NCBI RefSeq assembly: GCF_009914755.1
Contig: NC_060932.1
Length of the DNA: 64,000 bases
Reading direction: 5' to 3' (one strand)
DNA from: the human T2T-CHM13v2.0 reference genome, Homo sapiens
Shown here: one piece after another, positions 18,069-31,394 of the stretch
How the letters are laid out: each line of letters starts with the position of its first letter
Numbering within the stretch: the first letter of the stretch is position 1
Program-made: the position numbers and the translations under genes
Notes under the pieces: model-generated
Databases searched by the model: none
What the model was told of the DNA's origin: nothing
What the model saw: the letters and a program-made list of their open reading frames with translations, nothing else

Positions 18069-18131
18069 TATGATGTTAGCTGGTTATTTTGCTCGTTAGT
18101 TGATGCAGTTTCCTCCTAGCCTCGATGGTCT

Positions 18132-19148
18132 TTACAATTTGGCACGATTTTGCAGCGGCTGGTACCTGTTGTTCCTTTCCATGTTTAGTGCTTCCTTCAG
18201 GAGCTCTTTTAGGGCAGGCCTGGTGGTGACAAAATCTCTCAGCATTTGCTTGTCTGTAAAGTATTTTATTTCTCCTTCACTTATGAAGCTTAGTTTGGCT
18301 GGATATGAAATTCTGGGTTGAAAATCCTTTTCTTTAAGAACGTTGAATATTGGCCCCCACTCTCTTCTGGCTTGTAGAGTTTCTGCCGAGAGATCCGCTG
18401 TTAATCTGATGGGCTCCCCTTTGTGGGTAACCCAACCTTTCTCTCTGGCTGCCCTTAACATTTTTTCCTTCATTTCAACTTTGGTGAATCTGACAATTAT
18501 GTATCTTGGAGTTGCTCTTCTTGAGGAGTATCTTTGTGGCATTCTCTGTATTTCCTGAATCTGAATGTTGGCCTGCCTTGCTAGATTGGGGAAGTTCTCC
18601 TGGATAATATCCTGCAGAGTGTTTTCCAACTTGGTTCCATTCTCCCCATCACTTTCAGGTACACCAATCAGACGTAGATTTGGTCTTTTCACATAGTCCC
18701 ATAATTCCTGGAGGCTTTGTTCATTTCTTTTTATTCTTTTTTCTCTAAACTTCCCTTCTTGTTTCATTTGATTCATTTCATCTTCCATCACAGATACCCA
18801 TTCTTCCAATTGATCACATCGGCTCCTGAGGCTTCTGCATTCTTCACGTACTTCTCGAGCCTTGGCTTTCAGCTCCATCAGCTCCTTTAAGCACTTCTCT
18901 ATATTGGTTATTCTAGGTATATATTCATCTAAATTTTTTTCAAAGTTTTTAACTTCTTTGCCTTTGGTTTGAATTTCCTCCTGTAGCTTGGAGTAGTTTG
19001 ATCGTTTGAAGCCTTCTTCTCTCACCTCATCAAAGTCATTCTCCGTCCAGCTTTGTTCCATTGCTGGTGAGGAACTGCATTCCTTTGGAGGAGGAGAGGC
19101 GCTCTGCTTTTTAGAGTTTCCAGTTTTTCTGCTCTGTTTTTTCCCCAT
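18132..19148 (-). CDS. LINE-1 ORF1p, intact 338 aa
   Basis: MGKKQSRK...; coiled coil, RRM and CTD present; REKG, ARR and YPAKLS motifs retained. Confidence 0.92.
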   Translation of the reverse strand: MGKKQSRKTGNSKKQSASPPPKECSSSPAMEQSWTENDFDEVREEGFKRSNYSKLQEEIQTKGKEVKNFEKNLDEYIPRITNIEKCLKELMELKAKAREVREECRSLRSRCDQLEEWVSVMEDEMNQMKQEGKFREKRIKRNEQSLQELWDYVKRPNLRLIGVPESDGENGTKLENTLQDIIQENFPNLARQANIQIQEIQRMPQRYSSRRATPRYIIVRFTKVEMKEKMLRAAREKGWVTHKGEPIRLTADLSAETLQARREWGPIFNVLKEKDFQPRISYPAKLSFISEGEIKYFTDKQMLRDFVTTRPALKELLKEALNMERNNRYQPLQNRAKL

Positions 19149-20054
19149 CTTTGTGGTTTTATCTACTTTTGGTCTTTGATGATGGTGATGTACAGATGGG
19201 TTTTTGGTGTGGATGTCCTTTCTGTTTGTTAGTTTTCCTTCTAACGGACAGGACCCTCAGCTACAGGACTGTTGGAATACCCTGCCGTGTGAGGTGTCAG
19301 TCTGCCCCTACTGGGGGGTGCCTCCCAGTTAGGCTCCTCGGGGGTCAGGGGTCAGGAACCCATTTGCAGAGGCAGTCTGCCTGTTCTCAGATCTCCAGCT
19401 GCATGCTGGGAGAACCACTGCTCTCTTCAAATCTGTCAGACAGGGACATTTAAGTCTGCAGAGGTTACTGCTTTCTTTTTGTTTGTCTGTGCCCTTCCCC
19501 AAGAGGTGGAGCCTACAGAGACAGGCAGGCCTCCTTGAGCTGTGGTTGGCTCCACCCAGTTTGAGCTTCCTGGCTGCTTTGTTTACCTAAGCAAGCCTGG
19601 GCAATGGCGTGTGCCCCTCCCCCAGCCTGGCTGCCGCCTTGCAGTTTGATCTCAGACTGCTGTGCTAGCAATCAGTGAGACTCCGTGGGTGTAGGACCCT
19701 CTGAGCCAGGTGCGGGGATATAATCTCCTTGTGCAGCGTTTATTAAGCCCATCGGAAAAGTGCAGTATTAGGGTGGGAGTGACCCGATTTTCCAGGTGCC
19801 ATCTGTCACTGCTTTCTTTGACTAGGAAAGGGAACTCCCTGACCCCTTGTGCTTCCTGAGTGAGACAGTGCCTCACCCTGCTTCGACTCGCGCATGGTAC
19901 ACTACACCCACTGTCCTGCACCCACTGTCTGGCACTCCCTAGTGAGATGAACCCGGTACCTCAGATGGAAATGCAGAAATCACCCGTCTTCTGCGTCACT
20001 CACACTGGGAGCTGTAGACCGGAGCTCTTCCTATTCAGCCATCTTGGCTGCCTC
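19149..20054. promoter_or_regulatory. L1PA3 5'UTR: sense promoter (-) and antisense promoter (+)
   Basis: Complete 5'UTR with YY1 site; ORF0 ATG at 19604 is truncated by TGA at 19676; CpG decay visible. Confidence 0.75.
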
Positions 20055-20068
20055 ACTATGCCATTTTT

Positions 20069-20183
20069 AAAATTATTTTTTGTACAGACGGGGTTTCGCC
20101 ATGTTGCTTAGACTGGTCTTGAACTCCTGAGCTCAACTGATCTGCCTGCCTCAGCCTCCCAAAGTGTGGGGATTTCAGGTGTA
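20069..20183 (-). mobile_element. FLAM / Alu left monomer
   Basis: TTTTTGTACAGACGGGGTTTCGCC...CCCAAAGTGTGGGGATTTCAGG. Confidence 0.8.
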
Positions 20184-20185
20184 AT

Positions 20186-20280
20186 TATGCCATTTTATAT
20201 CAGGGACTTGAGCATCTTCAGACTTTGATATCCATGGGGTTCCTGGAACTGATCCTCCACTGATACTTAGGGATGACTGT
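20186..20280 (-). mobile_element. MER2, right part
   Basis: TATGCCATTTTATATCAGGGACTTGAGCATC...GATACTTAGGGATGACTG-TA. Confidence 0.8.
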
Positions 20281-20589
20281 ACTCTGTTTTTTACTAATGT
20301 ATTTGTTCATCATCTGTGTCTACCACAAGAATATAAGCTTCATAAGAGCAGAGAGTTTGCGGCCTTTTGTTCACTATTGTGTCCCTGTGCCAAGAATAAA
20401 GGAAAGAATACAGGAACCCTCTCACCCCTGCAAATATTTTTCCAAAGATTGTGTGTCTTACTGGTTTCTCAGACTGGTTTGTGTTTTAAAACTATCTATA
20501 TTTAATTCTTGTTTTTAAAGTGTCTGTAGTTGACAGTTCTAACAGTAAAACATTTTAAATTTTTATGATTGATTACAGCTCCGTGTATC

Positions 20590-20755
20590 TTTTCTTTTAT
20601 TTTTCTTTTGAGACGAGGTCTCAATCTGTCACCCAGGTTGGAGTGCAGTGGTGTGATCATGGCTCACTGCAGGCTCAATCTCCCCATGCTTAGGTGCTCG
20701 TCTCACCTCCTGAGTGGCTGTGACTACAGGTGCATGCTACCATGCACAGCAAATT
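20590..20755 (-). mobile_element. FRAM / AluJ right monomer
   Basis: Single right-arm monomer. Confidence 0.8.
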
Positions 20756-20784
20756 ATTCCCTATACCTTTAAAAGCACTTCTGC

Positions 20785-21070
20785 ACAGGTCACCTCTTTC
20801 TTTAGTTTCCCTCTGTAAAATTGGATAATAAACCCTGTTTCATGGCACCATTGTGTGAATTAACTGAGATGTTGTATGTTTTGCATGCAGTAGGTGCTTA
20901 ATAACACCAGTTCTTATTATTTTGCATCTGAACATCAGAAAAATCCTTATAAGAGACACAGAGCAGGATAATAAATTATCCACATCTTTTACATGAAATA
21001 ACTACAGTCAGAGGTGTTAAATGAGTTGCCCAAAGTCACCCAATGAATCAGTATAGGCAGCGGCTCTAAA
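20785..21070. mobile_element. two MIR fragments (opposite orientations)
   Basis: AGTTTCCCTCTGTAAAATTGGATAATA; TTAAATGAGTTGCCCAAAGTCAC. Confidence 0.6.
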
Positions 21071-21254
21071 CTATTGCCTTGATGGAAACCCTTATTCTTG
21101 GTTTTTATTTATTCAGAAATGAAGCTAACTAAAAAATAAATTCTATTCAATCTCAAAAATCTAAAGAGGGGCTACTATAATGGTATTGGGGAAAGAGGTA
21201 GTTTTAAGAATATGCAGTGGCAAATGTTTTCCCATCTGAACAAAAAAGATATAG

Positions 21255-21719
<465 letters not shown>

Positions 21720-22432
21720 AATGCTTTTTGAAATTTCTGTTATTTATAGGAAAAAACCATTTGCAAAACTTGGTATACATTAACAATAACAAATTACTCT
21801 CCTCATATACCATGGTGGACCACAGTAGACCAGTATCCTAAGGCCATATTTGAGACTACAGATCCACGCCAGGAGACTAACCCCCTTTCCATTCTCTGGG
21901 GTTGCAAAGTCATCCTCACCTTGAATTTCCTCTCAGAAATTGACATGTGGAAGGGACAGCACAGTGGTGAACCAGCTCCTCTTCTGGCAGTTAACACTGC
22001 TATCTCTCCACTGACTCAGAACTTGATAACTCCTATAATGAGGAAATAAAAGAATTAGACTAACCTTTCCTTAGAACTGTCCTGGTTTCTCTGCCCCCTT
22101 TCCCCAGGAGACACTTAATGACAGACATGTGAATTTGGAAAGACCATTTTGGTTGTTCCTTTCCTTCTCAATTACAGATTTGTTCCTTTGGAATGTTTCT
22201 GGAAGGTTTATCTCACCCCACTTTAAATGCACAAGTCAGTGGGACTTCCCTGGATTTCTCTTGGGAAGTCATTCTGACAGCTGGAAGGTCTCTCATGATC
22301 AGCAGACAGTAGCTCCCTCTGTTTAGAATTAGCTTAGGAATAGGGAACATGGGGATGGCATTCTGAATCTGTGATGTGATTGGCATGTGGGGGCCCTGGC
22401 TGACGAGGACTGATCACAGGCTTCCTGTAGCT

Positions 22433-22630
22433 TGGCATGGTGGAGTGAGCACGGCATTTGGAGTCGGGGTCTGGGCTTGACCCACACTTCTACCCCTAAC
22501 CACCTGTGTGTCTTTTGAAAATTGCCATGCCTTCACTTTTCTTACCTATAAGACAGGGTTAATAATATCCACTTTGCAAGACTGTTTTCAGGAGTGAATA
22601 GTATATATTTGCAAAAGCATCTTGACCATG
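22433..22630 (+). mobile_element. MIR
   Basis: GCATGGTGGAGTGAGCACGGCATTTGGAGTC... tRNA-like head plus core. Confidence 0.6.
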
Positions 22631-24169
22631 CTGTGGGACATCAGAAATGGGGCTAGGGGAGAAGATCTGCCTACCTCCAAGAAATGTGAACCCTGGAAAG
22701 CCACCTGTGTATTGTGAACTTCCAGATAAAAGTGAGTCTGTAGGAGGACAGGAAGGTCTACAGGGAAGAAGTGGGGGCTGCTGGACCACGATATGTTGGC
22801 TCTAGGTTCAAATGGCAGCTCTGTGGCTATGGCTGTATTGCCTGTGAGTGGAAGTGCTGTTAGGCCAAGGGAGAGGATTATGGACAAAGGACAGGGGTCT
22901 GTTGCCAGTTGTCATGTCCATCCGTAGCCACCATGGAATGCTGGAAGGTGAACATGAATATCCCAGGCCTGTGTTTGAGATCCTCCCTCAGGGACCAAAT
23001 AGGAGACAAGTAGGGTGAAAGCGAGAGTTTGAGTTTGTAGCTACATGCAAATTGGCCAAAGCTGGATAATGGGGCCATACCACAGGGTGCCCTGGGAGAT
23101 TAGAGCCAGGCTGGGCTTTCCCACACCAGTGGGTCCCAGGGGTCCTTTAGCTACCACGTTTAGTATCAGAGGAAATGGGATATGCATCCTGGATAGGGAG
23201 CCCCAGAGAAGAGTGGAACATCAAGACCCAGGGAGGAGGCTGACAGCTAGACACAGGTCCATGGTGAAGGGCTGGGTAGGACAGAAAGAGCAGGGCCCCC
23301 AGGCAGAGGGCGAGGCCTTTGCTAGTGGTAAGAAATGGGATCCGGGGTTAGGAGCCCACTGAAGGGTGCACAGGAGGAAGGGGACTGTGGCATTGGCTGC
23401 ATCACATAGGACTAATGGGATTAGAAGTAGACATGGATAGGCTTTCTCCCTTTTCTATCACCTATGTCCCTATCTCTCCCTTCTTGCTTCTCCCGTCATG
23501 TACTTGCAGCAGTCCAGGGGCAACTTCTGTTGGCAAAATGCCTTTTTCCTTGGAAAGTCAAGTGTGACAACAAAGATGGAGTCTAGGACAGCTCTTCTCC
23601 ATCGGTGTCCACAGAATGTTATGTAAAAAAAGGAGAAGGGTTATGTCAAGTTACGATCCTGCGAGCTAGGCAGGGCAGGGTCTCCTATCACCATTTAGTA
23701 GTGAGGACTTAAGTTAGCTACCTAAGCTTACTCAGTTGGTAAAAAGGCAAACCTGGGTTTCAAAGACAGATCTCCTGGCTGTGGATCAATTGAACTCTTC
23801 GGGTAACTGTCTATTCACAGCTGTGTCTCTAACCTGATATGCACAAGGTGAATATGCACATATATAGATGTCCACACTCCACCCTCCCAAAGTCATGGAA
23901 AAATGAAAGCTTTAATAAATATGGTTGTAGATAAAGGAACAGCTCCTAATGACATGTGAAAGCAATTCTGTTAACAATTGAAACAAATTATCTATATGAC
24001 TTTGTAAGATGACATGTAATGATCATAGACAAAAAATGAACTAGTCTCAGAATAAAAGCCCTTGTCAGGAGAAAATTCACTGCTCATTATGGGATTGATC
24101 GTAGACTGCTTCTTTCCTAATTTAAACCTAACTCTTTAAAATTAAAAATTAGAAGTATGTGTGGAAAGA

Positions 24170-24338
24170 GAAGTAGATTAAGAGCTAAGAGACCTGGGTT
24201 TTCATCCTTGCTCTGTGGCTAATGAGCTGTGTGACACTTCGAAGTGACTCAGTCTTTGAATCTTTGTTTCTTCATTTGAAAAAAGAATGGGTACATCAGA
24301 TAATCTCTAATGTCCTTTTCAGTGCCAAAATATTGTAA
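24170..24338 (+). mobile_element. MIR3/MIRc
   Basis: AGACCTGGGTTTTCATCCTTGCTCTG..GCTGTGTGAC..ATAATCTCTAATGTCCTTTTCAG. Confidence 0.6.
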
Positions 24339-24343
24339 TAAGC

Positions 24344-24630
24344 TTTTTTTTTTTTTCTTTGAGAAAGGGTCTCAGTCTGTCACCCAGATGGGAGTGCAGC
24401 GGTGTGATCATAGCTCAGGGTGCCTTCAAGTGATCCTCCCACCTCAGCCTCCTAAGTAACTGAGACCACAGGCACCACGATGTCTGGCTATTTTTTTTTT
24501 CTTCATTTTCTGTAGTCATGGAGTGACACTGTGTTGTCCAGGCTAGTATCAAACTCCTGGGCTCAAGCGATCCTCCCGCCTCAGCCTCCCAAAATGCTCA
24601 GACTACAGGCATGAACCACCATGCCCAGCT
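24344..24630 (-). mobile_element. AluJ (internal deletion)
   Basis: J-type arms; TSD TAAT(A/G)AGCT. Confidence 0.9.
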
Positions 24631-25962
24631 AGCTAATGAGCTCTTTAACAGAACTCATAAACATGTCTAGAATGTGTATTTTTATCTTTACTATGATCAC
24701 AAGCACCTGCCAAGGTTCTATTTGCATATGCATTATCCATGTTAGCATATGTCCCTTTTGTGGGAGGGGGACTGCTCCTAGGCATGGCTTGGACTTTTGG
24801 CCTGGCTCCAGTCCCTCCTTGCTTTTGCTAACCCCTTCCTCTCTTGGGGAGTAGAGTCCTACCCAAAGTCTGCATCAGGGGGTCTACACCCTCCAGCATG
24901 GTTTGCCTGGAACTCCAGATCCTGTTGCATGCAGATTTCTGTGGCCATGTTCTTTCCTGGTTAAAGGCCTAGTCATCACATCACATATCCTCTGCTTGCC
25001 TGATTAGACTTTCCTCCACTGGTTGCTCCTGGGTCCTGGCTCTTTTTACCCATCCCATCTAACCAGCTTCCTGAGTTACTTAGTTTGAGCCACTGTTTTG
25101 ACAAAAGTTGAGGTTGCCTTGGGTGGCCTATATAAATTAGGGTGGTAAGGAATAGCTACACAGGGAGGAGGAAATGGAGATGAAGCAGACTCTGTTGTCT
25201 TATTAATGTTGTCTAGCTCTCCCAGGATACTAGTACACTTTGGCAGGCTTTAACAGGACTTACGCTTTACTGCCTCTGCACTCCACTGGCACCAGAGATG
25301 TCTTCCACACCCCCCTTTCCCATTCTTCATCTACCCATCCTCTGAGAGCCATGTCAAGCCTTATCGGCTCAGGTCACAAGACTAAGTGGTCTCCCCTCCT
25401 CTGAAATGGCATGCCACATACTATCTGTAGCCTCCCCACTCTACACATAGCCCAATTAATTCCCATTTCTTCAGATCTCAACCAAAAATCACTCTTCCTC
25501 CAGGAAGCCCTCCCTGGCTACACAAACAGGCCAGATCCCTCTGTTTAGATGCTCATGAACCCCTGTTACTTTTCTTTAATTCCACTTAGTAGGTTGTTAA
25601 TTAAATGTTTATTTGAATGAAGAATTGATTCCCAACACTCTCCCATGAGGACAGAATCTGGTCTCTTCCACTCACTACTGTATTCTCCAAGGTCCAGTAA
25701 GGTAACACCCATATACTCTCTTGAACCTTGTTTACTCTCTTGAACATTTATGTAAACGCTGATTACTTGCCTAAAGATCTTTTCTCTTGAGCTGATTTGC
25801 ATCCTCCTTGAAGGCAGTTCCATCTTTCTGTTGTTCCTTCACAGTCCAGCACTGTTCTGAATAAATATACGTCAATTTGGTGTTTCAGTTGTAGGAGACA
25901 TTATTTGATCATTAGTCTGAATTTACACCATATGAACTGTGAAGGAGACTTCTTCCTGAACA

Positions 25963-26764
25963 TTTTACTGAACTGAACTGGGATCCGCTTGCAGGCCCAG
26001 CAAGGCTAAACACCCACACCAAGATTTTGCAGGGAAAGAAAGGAAAGCGTTTATTTGCAGGGCACCAAGCAAGGAGAATTGGGCCACTCATGCTTAAGAC
26101 CCGACCTCCCCGATGACTTACAAGCGAAGGCTTTTAAGGGCAGGGGTAAATTTCAGGAAAGCAGAAGTTACAGGCAAAACTGTAAATTAATACGTGGATG
26201 TTAAACATTAGTTTAATATTTGTTAAACATTAGTTTATCCCACCTAAAAAGGTGGGTTTAGGTGGGATATCTGGAAATGGAGGCTTACAGGCCACAGGTG
26301 GATTCAGAGCTTCTGATTTGTGATTGGTTAAGGAATGGAAGCTCTGTCTAAAAACTTCGGTCAGCAGAAAGAAATGTTGAGTTCTGGCCTATGGATGTGC
26401 CTTCCTCCAGGCCCCTCAGGAAGAAATACAGAACAAAGAATGGCAGAGTTCAGTCCTCAGTTTCCCCTTGAGGTCTATGTGCCAGGGGATTCATTTAGTG
26501 GGGGCCTAGGTTTCTGAAAAACACTTCAGAGGCATATGTTAAGGTGTTCTCTTTAGTTTCCATAGGGAGCCAAATATCTTGTGACTAATTTCCTTGGCTA
26601 TTGTTTTAAGCTACTATTACTTTCTTGCTTACCAAGTTGCTCATTTACTTCTCAGGGCTAGCTAGGTGCCTGTAATTTCCCTTCAGGGAACTCACGATTT
26701 TCCTTTATTTCCATGTTTGGGAGGGCCTGGTAGGTCCCTAAGAGGGGGTCCTTGCTGCATCTCA
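25963..26764 (-). mobile_element. ERV1 solo LTR (LTR48-like)
   Basis: Reverse complement begins TGAGATGCAGCAAGGACCCCCTCTTAGG...GGAAATAAAGGAAAATC...GGCACCTAGCTAGCCCTGAGAAG. Confidence 0.8.
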
Positions 26765-27829
26765 AACTTCCCATATAGAAGGGAAGTTATTATTGAACAT
26801 CAGAGTTGTAGATAGATGTGGGAAGAGAAATGAAAAGGAAACATTCACCCTGGCTTAAGGCCACAGGAGGTTCTCACAACAGGACACTGTCTAGGGACAG
26901 CATCGGGATGAGGAAGCTCACGGGAGAAGGGTTGGTCTTGGGGTTTTAGGCCTGAGTCCACACTGTCTGCATTCCGTGGAGGCTACGCAACCTCCCCAGG
27001 CTTTGGTCCTTTTCCTTCCACACAATGCAATAGATGGGGTAGTGCCCGGTGAGCTATGGCACAATACATGGGTAGAAGATGATCATTTCAAGGAATCCAA
27101 TAATATTCAACACTTGCCAGGGTTCTGGATGCAGGCTTCCATTTCTTTTTGCAATTTGGACCAAGTAATTAGATCTGTCTCTTTTTTTTTTCTTTTTGCA
27201 AAAGATGATGCTGCGATGGGGTAGAGGTGAATAGAAATAACTGCCTTCTCTCTGCAGAGTTGATGAAGCATCAACTGGGATAATAAATGTGAAAACACCA
27301 TGAAATGAAAACATCTATTTAAATTCAAGAGGTTGTTATTTACAGTCTTTAAATGATATTTGCCCAGCTCTGGTTGTTTACTTTTAGCACATCCCACAGA
27401 AACTGTGGAAACTACAAAAACCACATAAAGTGATGATTAAATTCAGAAACTCAATCTGACCCGATCTCTTTGGGTTGGCAATCTCTCTGTGCCGTTTTCT
27501 TGCTTAGGACTGAGGAAGCTTTATAGATGGACCATAAGGAGGAAGTCCAGGTGAGCTGGTGGGAGTGTGTGCCTTCAGAAAGGGGGGCCTAGCTTTGGTT
27601 AGGCCTGCAGATGGATTCCTTGTCAGTTTCAGAGGATTTAGTGACCCTGCACTTCAATTGCCCCAAACCAAAAATTGATCTGGGACTGTGCAGGGGAGAA
27701 ATGGTGAACTGTATTTTGCAGGACAGGAAAGAATAAGATAGACGGGGAGAGAAATGCTCACCAAAGACCATGAGCTCATTCTTAAGCATCAGTGCAACAG
27801 TCTTGTTGATGTATCTTACCAGAAGCCCT

Positions 27830-28560
<731 letters not shown>

Positions 28561-28787
28561 GAGGGTTGCACGTTGTCAACAAATACCTATTGAACACCCT
28601 GGATGTTCAAGACATGTGAATGACTCGAAGAAGTGGCAGCTGCAGAAGTGATGGCCAATGTGGAAAAGGGGGTTGGTGGGGATTGGCAGAGATAGGGGAG
28701 TCCACATGCGAAACCCCAGTGAGGGGGCAGGACTGAGAGTTTGTAGGTACCCTCTTCCAGGGTGTAGGAGGAAATGGAGAATGCAGG

Positions 28788-29418
28788 TGTAGGGGCTAAG
28801 GGGAACTTCAGTGAACTCTGAAGTTTCACTGAAAAATCAACTTATAATAGACAGATTAATTGGAGAAAAGGCATACAAATTGATTTAACATGTATGCACA
28901 GGAGCCTTCAGAATGAACACCCAAATATACAGGGAAAATTGTTTATTTTTATGCTTAGGTGCAACAAAGTATGGATAGCCATGTAGAAATACGATTGGAC
29001 AAAATGGATGTGTTCTAATGCTAACAGACTGAGTTAGGAAACCCAGCGAGGCCTATCTGTCTAGCTCCTTCCTGGCCTCTCTGAGTGTGCATTCCTTCCT
29101 TCTGGGTGTGGGGCAGGCCCTCTCTGGAATGAGGGTCCTATGACCTACAGTCAAATAAGGTAGGTCAGATAATTTCTTTATGGCCTATTTTTACACAGAA
29201 AGGCAGAGGAAGTTTAGAGTAATATTTTTAGGTTTTATGGCTGACTTGGAAGAAGGGGTTCTGGTTTCTATGACTGGCCTCGGGGAAAAGGGATTCTAGT
29301 TTCCATGGCTAACCTTGAGGGGAGAGAGAGGAGTGCAGGAGGTGAGAGAAAAACTTTTGCTTCTGAGGCTGCCTCTGAAGGCTTTGTTTGGGGATGTTGT
29401 GTTTTCTGAGTCCCAACA
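28788..29418 (-). mobile_element. MER39 solo LTR (ERV1)
   Basis: Reverse complement begins TGTTGGGACTCAGAAAAC...CAGCCTCAGAAGCAAAAGTTTTTCTCTC; TG..CA termini. Confidence 0.85.
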
Positions 29419-29629
29419 CTGTTGAATAAGTTAACACCTGGATGGCCGAGTTGATCATAAAATAGACATGTAAGCCAGGGTCTGCAGCGGGAGGAGTCTG
29501 GATGGTTTCAAGGGTGGAGGTAGGTACAAGAGTTAGCCTCCCCTAACCCCTGGAGGGGTAGTGGGAGGAGGACAGCAGCTCTGCAGTGAGCAAGGAAGCC
29601 CAGGACAACCCAAATCCACTGGGCTGGGG

Positions 29630-29810
29630 GCTGCACCTGCCGCACGGGGGCTGGCCCCAGGTGGGCGGGGTGGAGGCGGGGCTTCTTCGGCGCTCGCTGA
29701 TTGGCCATCCGTGCAGGCAGGTGCGGTCTGGCACCTCGGGATCCCAACGGGTGGCCGCCTGCGTGGCTGCCTGCCTCACCTCAGGTTGTTCATCACGCTC
29801 AGGCTAATTT
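29630..29810. promoter_or_regulatory. small CpG-rich promoter-like element
   Basis: GC boxes GGGCGGGG (29663) and GAGGCGGGGC (29673), then NF-Y box GCTGATTGGC (29696-29705); locally CpG-rich. Confidence 0.6.
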
Positions 29811-31394
29811 CCCACTCTGAGAGCTAATGCTGATCAGCCCTAAGCCTCACACGCAGTCAGGCTCCAGCCACTTTAATTTCTGGCTGGGAATTAGAGAGGA
29901 GGCTGTGCTGCCCCCATGCCCCTTTCCTGTAGATGTTGCTGTCGATCACCACACACCCAACAAACACCTCCTTTTCCTACATTACTCCCCTCAGCCCCCT
30001 GATCTCCCCATCTCCACCATTTTGCGGGGGAGGGGGGGCAACACTTCCCCCTCTTAATGTCACCCCATCCACTGCCAAGTACATTCTGATTTTAAAGAGG
30101 CGTCCTCTAGGTTGACATCCTAGCATGAAGAGGCAGCGTTTGACCTTCCTTGGTTACCACACTGTCGATTCGGCTGGTGTGGATGGAAAGGCTCCCACAC
30201 TCACTCCTCCTTCTGTCTCTTAAAAAAAAAAATCACCCACCTCCCCTTTCAAATAAAAAAAGAGAGGGAGAGGGAGGGAGAGAGAATTTGACATTGTATA
30301 ATTTAAAATTGCACAGCCTAGAGCCCACAAAACCGAGCATGTAATTACACACTTACTAGAGGTAACAGCAGTGCTGATAATTATTCTTTACACAGGAGAG
30401 ACCCTGCTGATATCCCACAGTCAGAAAGTGGGAACTACAATATCTTTAATACCATCCTCAGAGACCCTCATAAGCAGAAGAGAAGTACGAGAAAGCTCAC
30501 AAGGTCCACAGCAATATCTTCATCGCGCCAGAATGTCAGGGGCTTTAGCACAACAGAAATCAATAGTTTCTAGTACATTTTTTGGTACAATTTTTTTTTA
30601 ATGACCTAACCTGAGAAAGTACAGGGAAGGCAGAGGTACAGAACAGTAGGAAACAAAACCTCCTTAACCGAAGGCCTATTTAGACATGTCATGCAACGTC
30701 AGTTTAGGAGAGACGCGTTCTTTATCTGAGCCACACAACCGGGCAGCTGGAGCGAGGTCTTGGTCCTGGAGTGCTTTCGGTCATAGGTAAAGCCTTTTTG
30801 TTTAAAGCATGAACTGGTCCTTCTCCCCGTATTTCCTGATTAAGGCAGCACCTTGACTAATTATTGGCTATAAAGTTGTGCAGTATTAAATCTCTAAAGA
30901 GAGGAGATTAATATCCAGGCATTTCTTTCCAGGCATTTGGCCCTTTTCTGCTCCTTTCTCCCTATGGACAGAAAATGAGTTGGTTGCGTTTTAAAAAATA
31001 AGACCAAGCATCAGTTGAAACACTGAGAAATTTAAAGCAACAGTCAGTGATGCCACACAGCGAAGTAAATGGTTTTTGTGTTAAAAAAAAAAAAAAAGTC
31101 AAAGTATAAGTTTAATACTATAACTTGTTTTCAAAAGGAGACCATTTTGGTGTTTGCATCTCTATGCTAACTACAGAAGGTGACAAATGGTTACCTATTT
31201 CTACTCCATAACCATAGCCAAGTTCTTATGTAGTTTGCTCTTAAAAATGCTTCTTCATTGTTTTCAGGTTGTGCTGATGTTCTGATTTGACAATGTGCAT
31301 TAATTCAGCTGGGCTAATAAACCAATTTAATTGGGTCCATTGTTCAGTAGAAATGGCAGCCAATTTTTGCTTGGGGCTTAGGGGAAGGACACTC

